This document shows positions 18,438 to 28,797 of a DNA stretch of 64,000 bases, in pieces. The translations under genes were made by a program, and so were the position numbers. How positions within the stretch are numbered: position 1 is the stretch's first letter; the number at the start of each line of letters is the position of its first letter. The notes beneath the pieces were generated by a model, which searched no databases, was not told the DNA's origin, and saw only the letters and a program-made list of their open reading frames with translations. The stretch is from Alphaproteobacteria bacterium (GTDB taxonomy: Bacteria > Pseudomonadota > Alphaproteobacteria > Bin95): assembly GCA_963665325.3 (NCBI GenBank), contig OZ224045.1, positions 1,568,001-1,632,000 of the forward strand, given 5' to 3'.

Positions 18438-20030
18438 TCACACCCCCGCCAGGATCATCTCCGCGGCTTTCTCGCCGATCATGATGGAGGGGGCGTTGGT
18501 GTTGCCGGAGGTGAGGGTGGGCATGATCGAGGCGTCGGCGACCCGCAGGCCCTCCATGCCGTGGACCCGGAGCTGGTCATCGACCACGGCCATCGGGTCG
18601 GAGCCCATCTTACAGGTGCCGACCGGGTGGTAGGTCGTCTCGGCATTCTCCATCACCCAGGCGAGCAGCTCATCGTCGCTTTCCAGCTTCTCTCCGGGCG
18701 CCGTTTCCTCGCCGACGATTCCGGCGAGCGCCGGCGCACTCATCAGATCGCGCGTCATGCGCATGCCGCCCAGCGTGATGACCCGGTCGATCTCGGCCGA
18801 GAGGAAGTTGAAGCGGATTTCCGGCGGCGCTGCGGGATCGGCGGACGCCGCATGGATGCTGCCCGTGCTCTCCGAGCGCAGCGGATGGGTGATGACGGTC
18901 ACGCCCGATTCCGTCGCCAGCTTGAAATTCGGGGTGGCGACGAACGGGATGAACGACATCATGGCGTCCGGGCTCGCCAGCCCCGGCCGGGTGCGGATAT
19001 AGGCGCGGACCGGCGAGGCGGGAAGGCTGAGCAGACCGGTCTGGGCAGCCACGAATTTCAGCGCCTGCCAGACGAGGCCGAGGCCGCGGGCCCTGTCATT
19101 GTAGGTAAGGCCCTTTGCAGGGACGCGCCATTTCATGCGCGGCGCGTAATGGTCACGCAGGTTCTCGCCGACGCCCGGCAGGTCGTGGACGACGGACAAG
19201 CCGAGCGCCTTCAGCCGGTCCGGCTGGCCGATGCCCGACAGCTCCAGCAATTGCGGCGAGGCGACGGAGCCCGCGCTCACCACCACCTCGGCGTCGGCAT
19301 GGGCCTCATGGACCTCGCCGCCGCGCCGGTAGCGCACGCCGGTGCAGCGCCGGCCCTCGAACAGCAGCGCCTCCGTCGGCGCATTGGCGCGGATATCGAG
19401 GTTGGGCCGCGAGCGCACCGGGTCCAGGTAGCAGCGCGCCGTGCTCATGCGCCGCCCGCCGGAGATCGACGCCTGCGTCATGCCGATGCCGTCCTGCGAG
19501 GCGCCGTTATAGTCGGCGTTGTAGTCGAGGCCGATCTCCCGCCCCGCGCCGATGATCGCGTCGTAGAGCGGGCCGCTCTCGGCGAGGTCGCTTACCTTCA
19601 GCGGGCCGTTCCGCCCCCGGTATTCGTCTTCGCCGCCGGCATAGCTCTCCATCTTCCGGAACACGGGCAGCACGTCGCGGTAGGACCAACCGCGATTGCC
19701 GAGCTGTGCCCAGCCGTCGAAATCCTCCGTCTGGCCGCGCACGAACACCATGCCGTTGATGGCCGACGAGCCGCCCAGCAGCCGCCCGCGCGGCACGGGG
19801 ATGCGCCGCCCGCCCGTGCTTTCCTCGGGCTCGGAGGAGTAGAGCCAGTTGGCGGCGGGATTGTCGATCAGCCGCGCAAAGCCGACGGGAATTTGCGACC
19901 AGGGATGGCTCGGTCGGCCGGCTTCCAGCAGCAGAACGCGGTTCGCCGGGTCGGCCGAGAGCCGGTTCGCCAGCGCCGCCCCCGCAGAGCCCGCCCCCAC
20001 CACGATATAGTCGAAACGCTCTTCCGCCAT
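18438..20030 (-). CDS. GMC oxidoreductase (choline dehydrogenase-like)
   Basis: GAGSAG, GGSSAINGM, YHPVGTCKMG, GNTNAP. Confidence 0.93.
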   Translation of the reverse strand: MAEERFDYIVVGAGSAGAALANRLSADPANRVLLLEAGRPSHPWSQIPVGFARLIDNPAANWLYSSEPEESTGGRRIPVPRGRLLGGSSAINGMVFVRGQTEDFDGWAQLGNRGWSYRDVLPVFRKMESYAGGEDEYRGRNGPLKVSDLAESGPLYDAIIGAGREIGLDYNADYNGASQDGIGMTQASISGGRRMSTARCYLDPVRSRPNLDIRANAPTEALLFEGRRCTGVRYRRGGEVHEAHADAEVVVSAGSVASPQLLELSGIGQPDRLKALGLSVVHDLPGVGENLRDHYAPRMKWRVPAKGLTYNDRARGLGLVWQALKFVAAQTGLLSLPASPVRAYIRTRPGLASPDAMMSFIPFVATPNFKLATESGVTVITHPLRSESTGSIHAASADPAAPPEIRFNFLSAEIDRVITLGGMRMTRDLMSAPALAGIVGEETAPGEKLESDDELLAWVMENAETTYHPVGTCKMGSDPMAVVDDQLRVHGMEGLRVADASIMPTLTSGNTNAPSIMIGEKAAEMILAGV

Positions 20031-20073
20031 GCTGCATTCCCCCCGGCAACCGGCCCCGACCGGTTCTCCGTCT

Positions 20074-20316
20074 CTAGCCGAATACGCGCCACGCAATGGC
20101 GACGACGAAGGCGAGAGTGAATCCGGTCATCCACTTCAACAGGAGAGTGGTCCCCTTGATCTCGGCAACCGCCCTGTCGAGAACGGATTTGGTCGCCAGA
20201 TTCTCTACGAGCTCCAAGCCGGTTGCGTCGGCCATGGCCTCCGCCTGCTCGGGAGGAACGCCTGCGTCGCGAAGGCGCCGTACGTAGCGCAAGGTGTCGA
20301 TTACGGTCGTTGCCAT
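20074..20316 (-). CDS. Small coiled-coil/TM protein (DUF1640/CCDC90-like)
   Basis: DTLRYVRRLRDAGVPPEQAEA...LATK...LLKWM plus C-terminal TM helix. Confidence 0.75.
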   Translation of the reverse strand: MATTVIDTLRYVRRLRDAGVPPEQAEAMADATGLELVENLATKSVLDRAVAEIKGTTLLLKWMTGFTLAFVVAIAWRVFG

Positions 20317-20397
20317 CGCCTTACCTCACCGGAATCGATTTATGCACGACTTTCGGGCACCTGACCACCTTCGGCGGTCGCCATTGGCCTCATGCCA

Positions 20398-21234
20398 TCA
20401 ATCGTAGCCCGCGGCGCGGTCGCGGTGCTTCGAGAGGAAGGAGAGCAAAGGCGCGTTGAACGCTTCGGGGCGTTCGATGTTGGTCAGGTGGCCCGCGCCC
20501 TCGATCTCCACGAATTCCGAGCCGGCGATGCGTTCGTGCAGCGCCCTCCCGATGGCGGGCGGGGTCAATGTGTCGTGCTCGCCGTAGATGAGGAGCGTCG
20601 GGACCCGGATGCGGTCGATTTCGGCGGAGCGGTCGAAGGAGAGCGAGGCCTCGATGGTCTTCAGGTAGGAGTCCTTGTGGAGGGCGGCGATACTGCTCCA
20701 CAGTCGCTGACGAGCCGACTCGTCGGCGCCGGGCGCTACCAGGCTTTCGACCAGCGCATCGGCGATGTCGCGCGGCTCCTTTCCCGCCTTGAGCGGCGCC
20801 TGACGCAGGCGGATGAACTCGGCGCGTTTCTCGGGCGTCATGGACTCCTGGAAATCCGCTCTCGTGTCGCACAGCACCAGGGTGGCGACCCGCTCCGGGA
20901 AGCGGGCATGGAAGTCCTGCGCGATCCGCCCGCCCATCGAGAGCCCGACGAAATGCGCCCGCTTGGCCCCGAAACGGTCGAGGACCCGGAGCGCGTCCTC
21001 TGCGAAATGCCCGAAATCAAGCGGACCGTCATAGTCGTCGGAATCGCCGTAGCCGCGCGCGTCCCAGGCGACGGCGTGGAAGCTGTCGCTGAGCGCCTCG
21101 ATCTGCCCGGTCCAATTCTTCCGGTTGCCGCCGATCCCGTGCAGGAAGAACACGAGAGGACCCGACCCGGCCCGATCCACGGCAAGGCGCGGCGTACCCT
21201 CGATGAAGACCGTCTCGATGTCCGTCATCCGCAT
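20398..21234 (-). CDS. Alpha/beta hydrolase
   Basis: LHGIGG, GLSMGG nucleophile elbow, GEHD, GH. Confidence 0.9.
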   Translation of the reverse strand: MRMTDIETVFIEGTPRLAVDRAGSGPLVFFLHGIGGNRKNWTGQIEALSDSFHAVAWDARGYGDSDDYDGPLDFGHFAEDALRVLDRFGAKRAHFVGLSMGGRIAQDFHARFPERVATLVLCDTRADFQESMTPEKRAEFIRLRQAPLKAGKEPRDIADALVESLVAPGADESARQRLWSSIAALHKDSYLKTIEASLSFDRSAEIDRIRVPTLLIYGEHDTLTPPAIGRALHERIAGSEFVEIEGAGHLTNIERPEAFNAPLLSFLSKHRDRAAGYD

Positions 21235-21240
21235 CCTCCG

Positions 21241-21335
21241 TCAGATGAAAAAGCCGCCGAGCTTCGTCTCCAGATATTCGGCGATGCCCTCATGGCCGCC
21301 CTCGCGCCCGAGGCCGCTCTCCGTACGAGCCGCCG
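21241..21335 (-). repeat. Diverged duplicate of the 3' end of the aldehyde dehydrogenase gene (23654-23747)
   Basis: Encodes ESGLGREGGHEGIAEYLETKLGGFFI* versus ...GGFSI* in the intact gene. Confidence 0.93.
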
Positions 21336-21409
21336 TTCGAAGCGCCCACCGTAATCGCGCCCATATAGTTTCGCCTTTGGCAACCAACCTCACCGAGGGC
21401 GACTCTTCG

Positions 21410-23380
21410 TCACTCCGTCGCACCGCTCTCCTCGCCGGGAACCACGTTGGACAAAAACCTTTGATATCTTTCTTGAAGATGTCTTAGGGCAGCTTCATCA
21501 TCAACCTGATGCTCTAGCCTTTCCTGGAAGAACTGGAGCCGCGCCTTGTTTTCCTCAATTATCTGCCCCCAAGTCTTGATGCCAACCGAAATATTGTCTT
21601 TCGTAGAAATTACGCCCCTGTCGTCCATCCGGTAAGCGGCGTACTTCTCAACGTCGTCAGATATTGCCCAAAACGTCCATCTCACACCGTTTACCGAGCG
21701 AAACCTCTCGTCGTCCGCGACACTGATCGCATACTTCTCGATTTGAGTTACCTCTTTGTCACCAATCTTGACTTTCGGCCTCTTGAGCTCCACTATCAGA
21801 TGCTCCATTTCGTCCGCCCGATGTCGACGTAGTGCTCGGGACAACATCAGGTCTATAATTCCTGTTTTCTGGGTGATATGCTTAACCGGTTCATCAATTA
21901 TCACATCGTCCCCGAGAAGTCTCTGGTGCTTTCGCAAAACCGCCGTTAATCCTTTGTCACTCACAGATAAGCTATATTCTTCGCCAAATAACCAGGTGTT
22001 ATCTTCGATTATTTTGTGAAGTTGTGATCTCTCCTTAAGACGACTTTTTATATCATCATCAAATAGTATTTGTTCTAAACCTGCTATAAACTTGAGTCTG
22101 TCTGCGACAATCTTTGCTGCGCTGATAATTGCTGACAATGATGCTTCCTGTAGCAAACTTGCTAGCTCCTGTTGTTTTCGTTTTGGCAACTCTAAAACTT
22201 CATTCATTATGATTTGAAGCTCGTCCGGACTTTTTTCAATCGCTGCTCTCAGCATCCGAAGGTCATATGCTTTCTTTTTCGCTGACGCGCTCCCGAAGTC
22301 TGGCATGTAATCGCTGGCGGTGACTGCCAATATGTCAAACACCTTTCGCTCCACGTCCTCCAGTGGTGTTTGAGCCTCTCCTCTAAAGGGGTAAACGTCC
22401 TCTGCCTTCCACTCATCGACAACCGTTCGCGCACGTTCAGCAGCACGCTCGCGAAAATATTCCTTGATAGTCTGTTGCGCCTCTTCGACACATATATTGA
22501 GTTTCGGATTCATCTCAGCAAGATCAAGCTGTGCCTCCCCATGTAGCTTGGTAACTAACGATGACTTGAGGTAGGCTGAGAAGTGAAACTCGCCCACATG
22601 GAACCGCGTCGCTACCTTTGAGAGTGGGAAACCTTGCTCCGTACACAAATAGAGGCCACGAGTCGTCGCGCTACGCCACTCTATGATCTCCAATTCCACC
22701 GTATAAACGGATTCATCTTCGATAATATCGTTCAATGATGAAGAGAACGAACTGGCGATCGTAGCGTTAGGATCAACCTGTGTTCCTTCATACAAGATTG
22801 AGACGTCGCGGTAATCCTTGAGGTATAAAGCGAATATCTCGGCAAGCTCCTGAGCAGCTGTGTCGGAAGCAAGCGACCGATAGTCCCGGTGTAATTCTGA
22901 CACCTCAATGTCAGTTCCAGTAGTTGTAGAAGCAACCACCCGCTCATCTGTGATCCGAATTTCGCGGATGTTGTCTGCAAGCATAGTGATGTCATAGGCG
23001 CGTATTTCGCCTAGGTTCGTGACGTATGTAACCGTCCAATCTGCAACACGGCCGAGCGCGAATACCTTGAAGCGACCTCGACCTTCATAGCCGTGAAGTA
23101 CCCTTCCCTTCGTTTTAGTTCGACCTCCAGATCTTTTCCACGAGCCGCCAAGCCGCGTGAACAAGTGGGGCGCATCTTGACGGGGAAATCCGTGCCCATT
23201 ATCTTTGACGCGGATCTTAGTCATCGCCAGTTCGCCGTAATCAAGTGCAACGTCAATGCGGGTTGCATCAGCATCAAGGCTGTTCCAGATAAGCTCGGCG
23301 ACGGCTTGGATGGGCTTAGCTTTTGATTGCCGTTCAAGAAAGTCAGGCTGCACTTCGACTGTATAGCTGCGTTCAGCCAC
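21410..23380 (-). CDS. GHKL/MORC-type ATPase fused to a PD-(D/E)XK nuclease-like domain (putative defence protein)
   Basis: ELIWNSLDADA, DNGHG, G.EGRGRF; C-terminal IDLML...VELKRP...QIEKYA; lower GC than flanks. Confidence 0.8.
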   Translation of the reverse strand: MAERSYTVEVQPDFLERQSKAKPIQAVAELIWNSLDADATRIDVALDYGELAMTKIRVKDNGHGFPRQDAPHLFTRLGGSWKRSGGRTKTKGRVLHGYEGRGRFKVFALGRVADWTVTYVTNLGEIRAYDITMLADNIREIRITDERVVASTTTGTDIEVSELHRDYRSLASDTAAQELAEIFALYLKDYRDVSILYEGTQVDPNATIASSFSSSLNDIIEDESVYTVELEIIEWRSATTRGLYLCTEQGFPLSKVATRFHVGEFHFSAYLKSSLVTKLHGEAQLDLAEMNPKLNICVEEAQQTIKEYFRERAAERARTVVDEWKAEDVYPFRGEAQTPLEDVERKVFDILAVTASDYMPDFGSASAKKKAYDLRMLRAAIEKSPDELQIIMNEVLELPKRKQQELASLLQEASLSAIISAAKIVADRLKFIAGLEQILFDDDIKSRLKERSQLHKIIEDNTWLFGEEYSLSVSDKGLTAVLRKHQRLLGDDVIIDEPVKHITQKTGIIDLMLSRALRRHRADEMEHLIVELKRPKVKIGDKEVTQIEKYAISVADDERFRSVNGVRWTFWAISDDVEKYAAYRMDDRGVISTKDNISVGIKTWGQIIEENKARLQFFQERLEHQVDDEAALRHLQERYQRFLSNVVPGEESGATE

Positions 23381-23653
23381 CGGGTTGGCACCTTTTTCGG
23401 TTCGTCGGCGGGTCTCGTCACTGTGCAAGGAGGATACCACGCTTCTTGGTCGGCAGAGACTTCAAATACTCGCGCCGAGTGTCCGCTTGCACTAGGGGAT
23501 GCGCTGCGTGTTGCCCACGGGTTCGGCGCGTGCGTTCACCGATTGGCGGCAAGCCTTATAGTTCTCGCCCCTAAGGGAGCAAGCCGAAAGCGCTAGGTCC
23601 GGAATTGCCTCGAAAACTGGCGTGGCTCCGAAATTCAACATTCCGCCCGCCGG

Positions 23654-25081
23654 TCAGATGGAGAAGCCGCCGAGCTTCGTCTCCAGATATTCGGCGATAC
23701 CCTCGTGGCCGCCCTCGCGCCCGAGGCCGCTTTCCTTGGAGCCGCCGAACGGGGCGGCGGCCGCGGTCGGGTTGATGTCGTTGATGCCGACGATACCGAA
23801 TTTGAGGTCCTCGAACATCCGGAAGGCCTTGGCCATATCGCGGGTATAGACATAGGAGGCGAGGCCGTAGTGGGTGTCGTTGGCCATGGCGAGTGCCTCG
23901 CCCTCGTCGCGGAAGGGAATGATCGGCGCGACCGGCCCGAAGGTCTCCTCGCGGTAGATCTGCATGTCGGGCGCAACGCCGGAGAGCACGGTTGGCGCGT
24001 AGAAGGTGCCCTTCGCGAGCGCGCCGTCCGTCATGCGGTGCCCGCCGCAGAGCACTTCGGCTCCACGACCGGCCGCGTCCGCCACCTGGCGCTCGACCTT
24101 CTCGACGGCCGCTTCATCCACGAGCGGGCCAATCTGTACGCCTTCCTCCAGGCCGTTGCCTGCCCGCATCCTGCCGACGCGCGAGACGAACTCCTCGGTA
24201 AAGGCATCGACGGCGTCCTCATGCACGAAAATCCGATTCGGGCAGATGCAGGCCTGGCCCGTGTTCAGGAACTTGACCAGTGCCGCGCCCTTGGCGGCAT
24301 GGACGGGATCGGCGTCCTTCAGCACAAGGAAGGGCGCATGGCCGCCGAGCTCCAGCGAAACGCGCTTCATGCTGGCGGCGGCGCGCGCGGCGATCATCTT
24401 GCCGATCTCGGTCGAGCCGGTGAAGGTGATCTTGCGCACGCGGGGATCGGTCAGGAAGGCGTCGCCGACGGGGGCGGGGTCCTCGGCCGTCACGAGGTTG
24501 ACGACACCCGCCGGCACGCCCGCCGCCTCCAGGCACTCGAACACCTTGACCGCACATAGCGGCGTCGCCTCCGCCGGCTTGAGCACGATGGTGCAGCCGG
24601 CGGCGATGGCGGGCGCCACCTTGCGCGTCACCATGGAGACCGGATAGTTCCAGGGCGTGATCGCGGCGACGACACCGACCGGCTGGCGCATCACCATGAA
24701 GCGCTGGTCACCGCGCGGCGCCGGGATGGTCTCGCCATAGACGCGCTTCGCCTCCTCGGCGTACCAGAGCAGGAAGTCCGCGCCGTAGCGCACCTCGTTG
24801 CGGGCCGCGCGCAACGGCTTGCCCTGTTCGAGCGTCATCGTGCGGGCGAGGTCCTCCGCCCGCTCCGTCATGATCTCCCAGGCGCGGTAGAGGATGCGCG
24901 AGCGCTCATAGGCCGTCTGCCCGGCCCAGCCGGCGAAGGCCCGCTCGGCGGCGTCTATCGCCCGCACGGCATCGGCGCCGCCGCCGTCCGGCGCATCGCC
25001 CACGGTCTCCCCGTTCGCCGGGTTGGTCACCCGGAAGCGCTCGCCGCCGGCCGCCTCGCACCAGACTCCGTCGATGAACAT
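23654..25081 (-). CDS. NAD(P)-dependent succinate-semialdehyde dehydrogenase-like ALDH
   Basis: ITPWNYP, FTGSTEIG, LELGG, GQACIC, EETFGP. Confidence 0.9.
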   Translation of the reverse strand: MFIDGVWCEAAGGERFRVTNPANGETVGDAPDGGGADAVRAIDAAERAFAGWAGQTAYERSRILYRAWEIMTERAEDLARTMTLEQGKPLRAARNEVRYGADFLLWYAEEAKRVYGETIPAPRGDQRFMVMRQPVGVVAAITPWNYPVSMVTRKVAPAIAAGCTIVLKPAEATPLCAVKVFECLEAAGVPAGVVNLVTAEDPAPVGDAFLTDPRVRKITFTGSTEIGKMIAARAAASMKRVSLELGGHAPFLVLKDADPVHAAKGAALVKFLNTGQACICPNRIFVHEDAVDAFTEEFVSRVGRMRAGNGLEEGVQIGPLVDEAAVEKVERQVADAAGRGAEVLCGGHRMTDGALAKGTFYAPTVLSGVAPDMQIYREETFGPVAPIIPFRDEGEALAMANDTHYGLASYVYTRDMAKAFRMFEDLKFGIVGINDINPTAAAAPFGGSKESGLGREGGHEGIAEYLETKLGGFSI

Positions 25082-25248
25082 GGCCCCGCACCCCTCTCCG
25101 TTCCGTTCGGGCAACCGCCCCTTACCCCGCCCGCGCCGTCCGCTCAAGTTCCCGGGCGTCGCGGCGGGCCCGGGGGCAAGCTCGCGCTTGCGTCCCGCCG
25201 TTTCCCGAATCACCATGGCGCGGCAGGACCGACGAAGGAACAGGGACC

Positions 25249-26118
25249 ATGAAATTCGCTCTGCGCTATTGCAATACCGGACGCTACACCGACCCGGCGG
25301 AGGCGGTGGCGTTGCTTCAGGCGGGCGAGGCCGCCGGTTTCGAGTCCGCCTGGACCATCGAGCACACCGTGGTGCCGAAGGGCTACCGGTCCTCCTATCC
25401 CTATGCCGCCGGCGGCAGGATGCCCGGCGACGAGGCCGAGTTCGTCATGCCGGACCCGCTGATCTGGATGTCCTGGGTCGCGGCCAGGACCGAGCGCATC
25501 CGGCTCGGCACGGCCATCCTGATCCTGCCGCAGCACAATCCGGTCGTTACCGCCAAGCAGGTGGCCACGCTGGACGCCATGTCGAACGGACGCATCGAGC
25601 TCGGCATCGGCGTCGGCTGGCTGCGCGAGGAGTTCGACGCACTCGGCGTCCCCTTCGAGGACCGGGGCGCGCGCACCGACGACTATGTGCATGCTATGCG
25701 GGAGCTCTGGAGATCGCCGGCGCCGACCTACAGGGGCCGGTTCGTCTCCTTCGAGAATGCCTATATGCAACCGAAACCGCGCAACGGCACGGTCCCGATC
25801 ACGGTCGGCGGCCACTCGAAGGCTGCGGCCCGGCGGGCGGGCCGGCTGGGCGACGGCTACTTCCCGGCGCGCGGCGCGCCCGAGGACCTGTTCGACCTGG
25901 TGCGCGCGACGGCCCGCGAACACGGGCGCGACCCGGACGCGATCACGCTTACCTGCTCGATCCCGGACGATCTCGACGAACTGCCACGTCTGGCCGCAAT
26001 GGGCGTCGGGCGCGTCACCGTGCCGGTCACGGGCGTCGCCGGCCTCGCCATGCGCGTGGACGGACCCGAAGACGTGATGGCGTGGAAGGAGACCATCGAG
26101 CGCTACGCCGACCTCTAA
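25249..26118 (+). CDS. Luciferase-like (LLM) oxidoreductase, F420-dependent class
   Basis: EHTVVP..Y...YPY, DPLIW, GIGVGWLREEF, GGHSKAAARRA. Confidence 0.82.
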   Translation: MKFALRYCNTGRYTDPAEAVALLQAGEAAGFESAWTIEHTVVPKGYRSSYPYAAGGRMPGDEAEFVMPDPLIWMSWVAARTERIRLGTAILILPQHNPVVTAKQVATLDAMSNGRIELGIGVGWLREEFDALGVPFEDRGARTDDYVHAMRELWRSPAPTYRGRFVSFENAYMQPKPRNGTVPITVGGHSKAAARRAGRLGDGYFPARGAPEDLFDLVRATAREHGRDPDAITLTCSIPDDLDELPRLAAMGVGRVTVPVTGVAGLAMRVDGPEDVMAWKETIERYADL

Positions 26119-26136
26119 GGGCGCAGGAGGGCCCGG

Positions 26137-26871
26137 TCAGGCGCGGGCGGCGGCGATCAGATATTCGACATTGCCTTCCGGGCCGCGCACCGGGCTTTCC
26201 TCCAGGCCCAGCACGGACCAGCCATCGAGGCTTCCCAGCCAGTCCCGGACGGCCTCGCAGACCTCCCGGTGCACTTCCGGGTCGCGCACAACGCCGCCCT
26301 TGCCGACGCGCCCGCGCCCGGCTTCGAATTGCGGCTTGACGAGCGCCACCAGATGGGCGCCGGGGAGGGTGAGCGCGAGCGGCGCGGGCAGGATGGTCGC
26401 GAGCGAGATGAAGGAGGCGTCGCAGACGACCAGGCCGATCGGGTCCGGCACTTCGGCCGCCGTCAGGTAGCGGGCATTGGTACGCTCGAGCACGCGCACG
26501 CGAGCATCGTTGCGCAGCTTCCAGGCGAGTTGGCCGCGCCCGACATCGACGGCCCAGACGCGCGCGGCGCCGTTTGCGAGCAGCACATCGGTGAAACCGC
26601 CCGTAGACGCGCCCACATCGAGGCATGTCCGGTCCCGGACCGGAACGCCGAAGGCGTCGAGGCCGTGCGCGAGCTTCAGCCCACCGCGCGAGACCCAGGG
26701 ATGCGCCCGTCCGCGCACCTCCAGCGGCGTGTCCGCGCCGATGGCATGGCCGGCCTTGTCGAGCCTTTGCGCGCCGGAATAGACCTTGCCCGCGAGGACA
26801 AGCGCCTGCGCCTGCGTCCGGTTTTCCGAGAGGCCGCGCGCGACCAGGACCCGGTCGAGGCGGTCCTTCAC
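26137..26871 (-). CDS. tlyA: TlyA-family RNA methyltransferase
   Basis: [26 protein letters not shown]. Confidence 0.93.
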   Translation of the reverse strand: MKDRLDRVLVARGLSENRTQAQALVLAGKVYSGAQRLDKAGHAIGADTPLEVRGRAHPWVSRGGLKLAHGLDAFGVPVRDRTCLDVGASTGGFTDVLLANGAARVWAVDVGRGQLAWKLRNDARVRVLERTNARYLTAAEVPDPIGLVVCDASFISLATILPAPLALTLPGAHLVALVKPQFEAGRGRVGKGGVVRDPEVHREVCEAVRDWLGSLDGWSVLGLEESPVRGPEGNVEYLIAAARA

Positions 26872-28787
26872 CCCACTGCCGCGACCGGCGTAGGGCGGAA
26901 GGCAGCAAACACCGACCGGAAAATGGCGTACGTGTCCAGCCCCGCCTGGGCCACCTGCGCTTCCGGCTTGTCATGGTCGATGAAGATGTCCGGCATGACC
27001 AGGGAACGGACCTTCAGGCGGCCGTCCAGAAGGCCCTGGCCGGCCAGGAACTGGAGCACGAAGGCCCCGAAGCCGCCGACAGAGCCTTCCTCGACCGTGA
27101 CCACGAGCTCATGGTTCTCCGCCAGCTGGCGCACAAGGCCCTCGTCGAGCGGCTTGGCGAAGCGCGCGTCCGCGACCGTCGTCGAGATTCCTTCCCCGTC
27201 CAGCCTTTCCGCCGCCGCCAGCGCATCGTGGAGCCGCGCGCCATAGGAAAGAATGGCGGCTTTCGTTCCTTCGCGTACGATCCGCCCCCTGCCGATTTCG
27301 AGCGCCTCGCCGCGCTCCGGCATGGGCACCCCGACGCCCTCCCCGCGCGCATAGCGCAGCGCCGTGGGTCCGTCGTCGATGCCGACCGCCGTCGCGACCA
27401 TGTGCACGAGGTCGGCTTCATCGGCGGCCGCCATCAGTACGAAATTCGGCAGGCAGCCGAGATAGGCGATGTCGAAGGCGCCGCAATGGGTTGCGCCGTC
27501 GGCGCCGACATAACCGGCCCGGTCTATGGCGAAGCGCACCGGCAGCGACTGGATCGCGACGTCGTGGACGACCTGGTCGTAACCGCGCTGGAGGAAGGTC
27601 GAATAGATCGTGGCGAAAGGTTTCATGCCTTCGCAGGCCAGTCCCGCGGCGAAGGTCACCGCATGCTGCTCGGCGATGCCCACATCGAAAGCGCGGTCCG
27701 GGAAGCGCGCACCGAACGCGTCCACGCCCGTGCCTGAGGGCATGGCGGCGGTAATGGCGCAGACCGCCGGGTCCCTCTCCGCCTCGGCGATCAGGCTCTT
27801 CGCGAACACCGAGGTATAGGAAGGCGCGGCGGGTTTCGACTTCGCCTGCACGCCCGTATCGAGGTCGAACTTGGAAACGCCGTGATACTTGTCGCCGGAG
27901 GTCTCGGCCGGCTCGTAGCCCTTGCCCTTTTGCGTGACCGCGTGGATCAGCACCGGTCCGCGGCCGTCCGTGTCGCGCACATTGCGCAGGATGGGCAGCA
28001 GGTGGTCAAGATTGTGGCCGTCGATCGGCCCCACATAGTAGAAGCCCATCTCCTCGAACAGCGTGCCGCCCGTGACGAGGCCGCGCGCATATTCCTCTGC
28101 CCTGAGCGCCGCGATCTCGAACGGCTTGGGGAAGCGGCGCGCCACTTCCTTCGCCACCTGCCGGAGCGAGCGGTAGGAGCGCGAGGAGATCAGCCGGGCG
28201 AGATAGTTGCTCATCGCGCCGACATTGGGGGCGATCGACATGTCGTTGTCGTTCAGCACCACCACCAGGGGAAGCTCCATCGCGCCGGCATTGTTCATCG
28301 CCTCATAGGCCATACCGGCGGTCATCGCCCCGTCCCCGATCACGGCGATGCAACGCCGTTCTTCGCCGCGAAGCTTGGCGCCCGCCGCCATACCGAGCGC
28401 CGCCGAGATCGAGGTCGAGCTGTGCGCGGCGCCGAAGGGGTCGTAGGGGCTCTCGACGCGCCGGGTGAAGCCCGAGAGGCCGCCGCCCTGGCGCAGCGTT
28501 CGCATTCCCGACCGGCGCCCGGTCAGGATCTTGTGCGGATAGGCCTGGTGGCTGACATCCCAGATCAGGCGGTCATGCGGGGTCTCGAACACCGCGTGCA
28601 GCGCCACGGTAAGTTCGATGACGCCGAGACTCGCGCCCAGGTGGCCGCCCGTCTGCGAGACCGTATCGACCGTCTCGAACCGCAATTCGGCGGCAAGCTG
28701 CTTCAGATCGTTGTCGGAAAGCTCACGCACGTCCGCTGGAGAGTCGATACGGTCCAGCAGGGGCGTCGTTCGGTTGGACAGGTACAT
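26868..28787 (-). CDS. dxs: 1-deoxy-D-xylulose-5-phosphate synthase
   Basis: [37 protein letters not shown]. Confidence 0.97.
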   Translation of the reverse strand: MYLSNRTTPLLDRIDSPADVRELSDNDLKQLAAELRFETVDTVSQTGGHLGASLGVIELTVALHAVFETPHDRLIWDVSHQAYPHKILTGRRSGMRTLRQGGGLSGFTRRVESPYDPFGAAHSSTSISAALGMAAGAKLRGEERRCIAVIGDGAMTAGMAYEAMNNAGAMELPLVVVLNDNDMSIAPNVGAMSNYLARLISSRSYRSLRQVAKEVARRFPKPFEIAALRAEEYARGLVTGGTLFEEMGFYYVGPIDGHNLDHLLPILRNVRDTDGRGPVLIHAVTQKGKGYEPAETSGDKYHGVSKFDLDTGVQAKSKPAAPSYTSVFAKSLIAEAERDPAVCAITAAMPSGTGVDAFGARFPDRAFDVGIAEQHAVTFAAGLACEGMKPFATIYSTFLQRGYDQVVHDVAIQSLPVRFAIDRAGYVGADGATHCGAFDIAYLGCLPNFVLMAAADEADLVHMVATAVGIDDGPTALRYARGEGVGVPMPERGEALEIGRGRIVREGTKAAILSYGARLHDALAAAERLDGEGISTTVADARFAKPLDEGLVRQLAENHELVVTVEEGSVGGFGAFVLQFLAGQGLLDGRLKVRSLVMPDIFIDHDKPEAQVAQAGLDTYAIFRSVFAAFRPTPVAAVG

Positions 28788-28797
28788 TGGATACCTC

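Noticed and set aside
17255-23650. Integron cassettes with attC sites
   Set aside because: No intI, and no convincing RYYYAAC...GTTRRRY pairs flanking the cargo genes.
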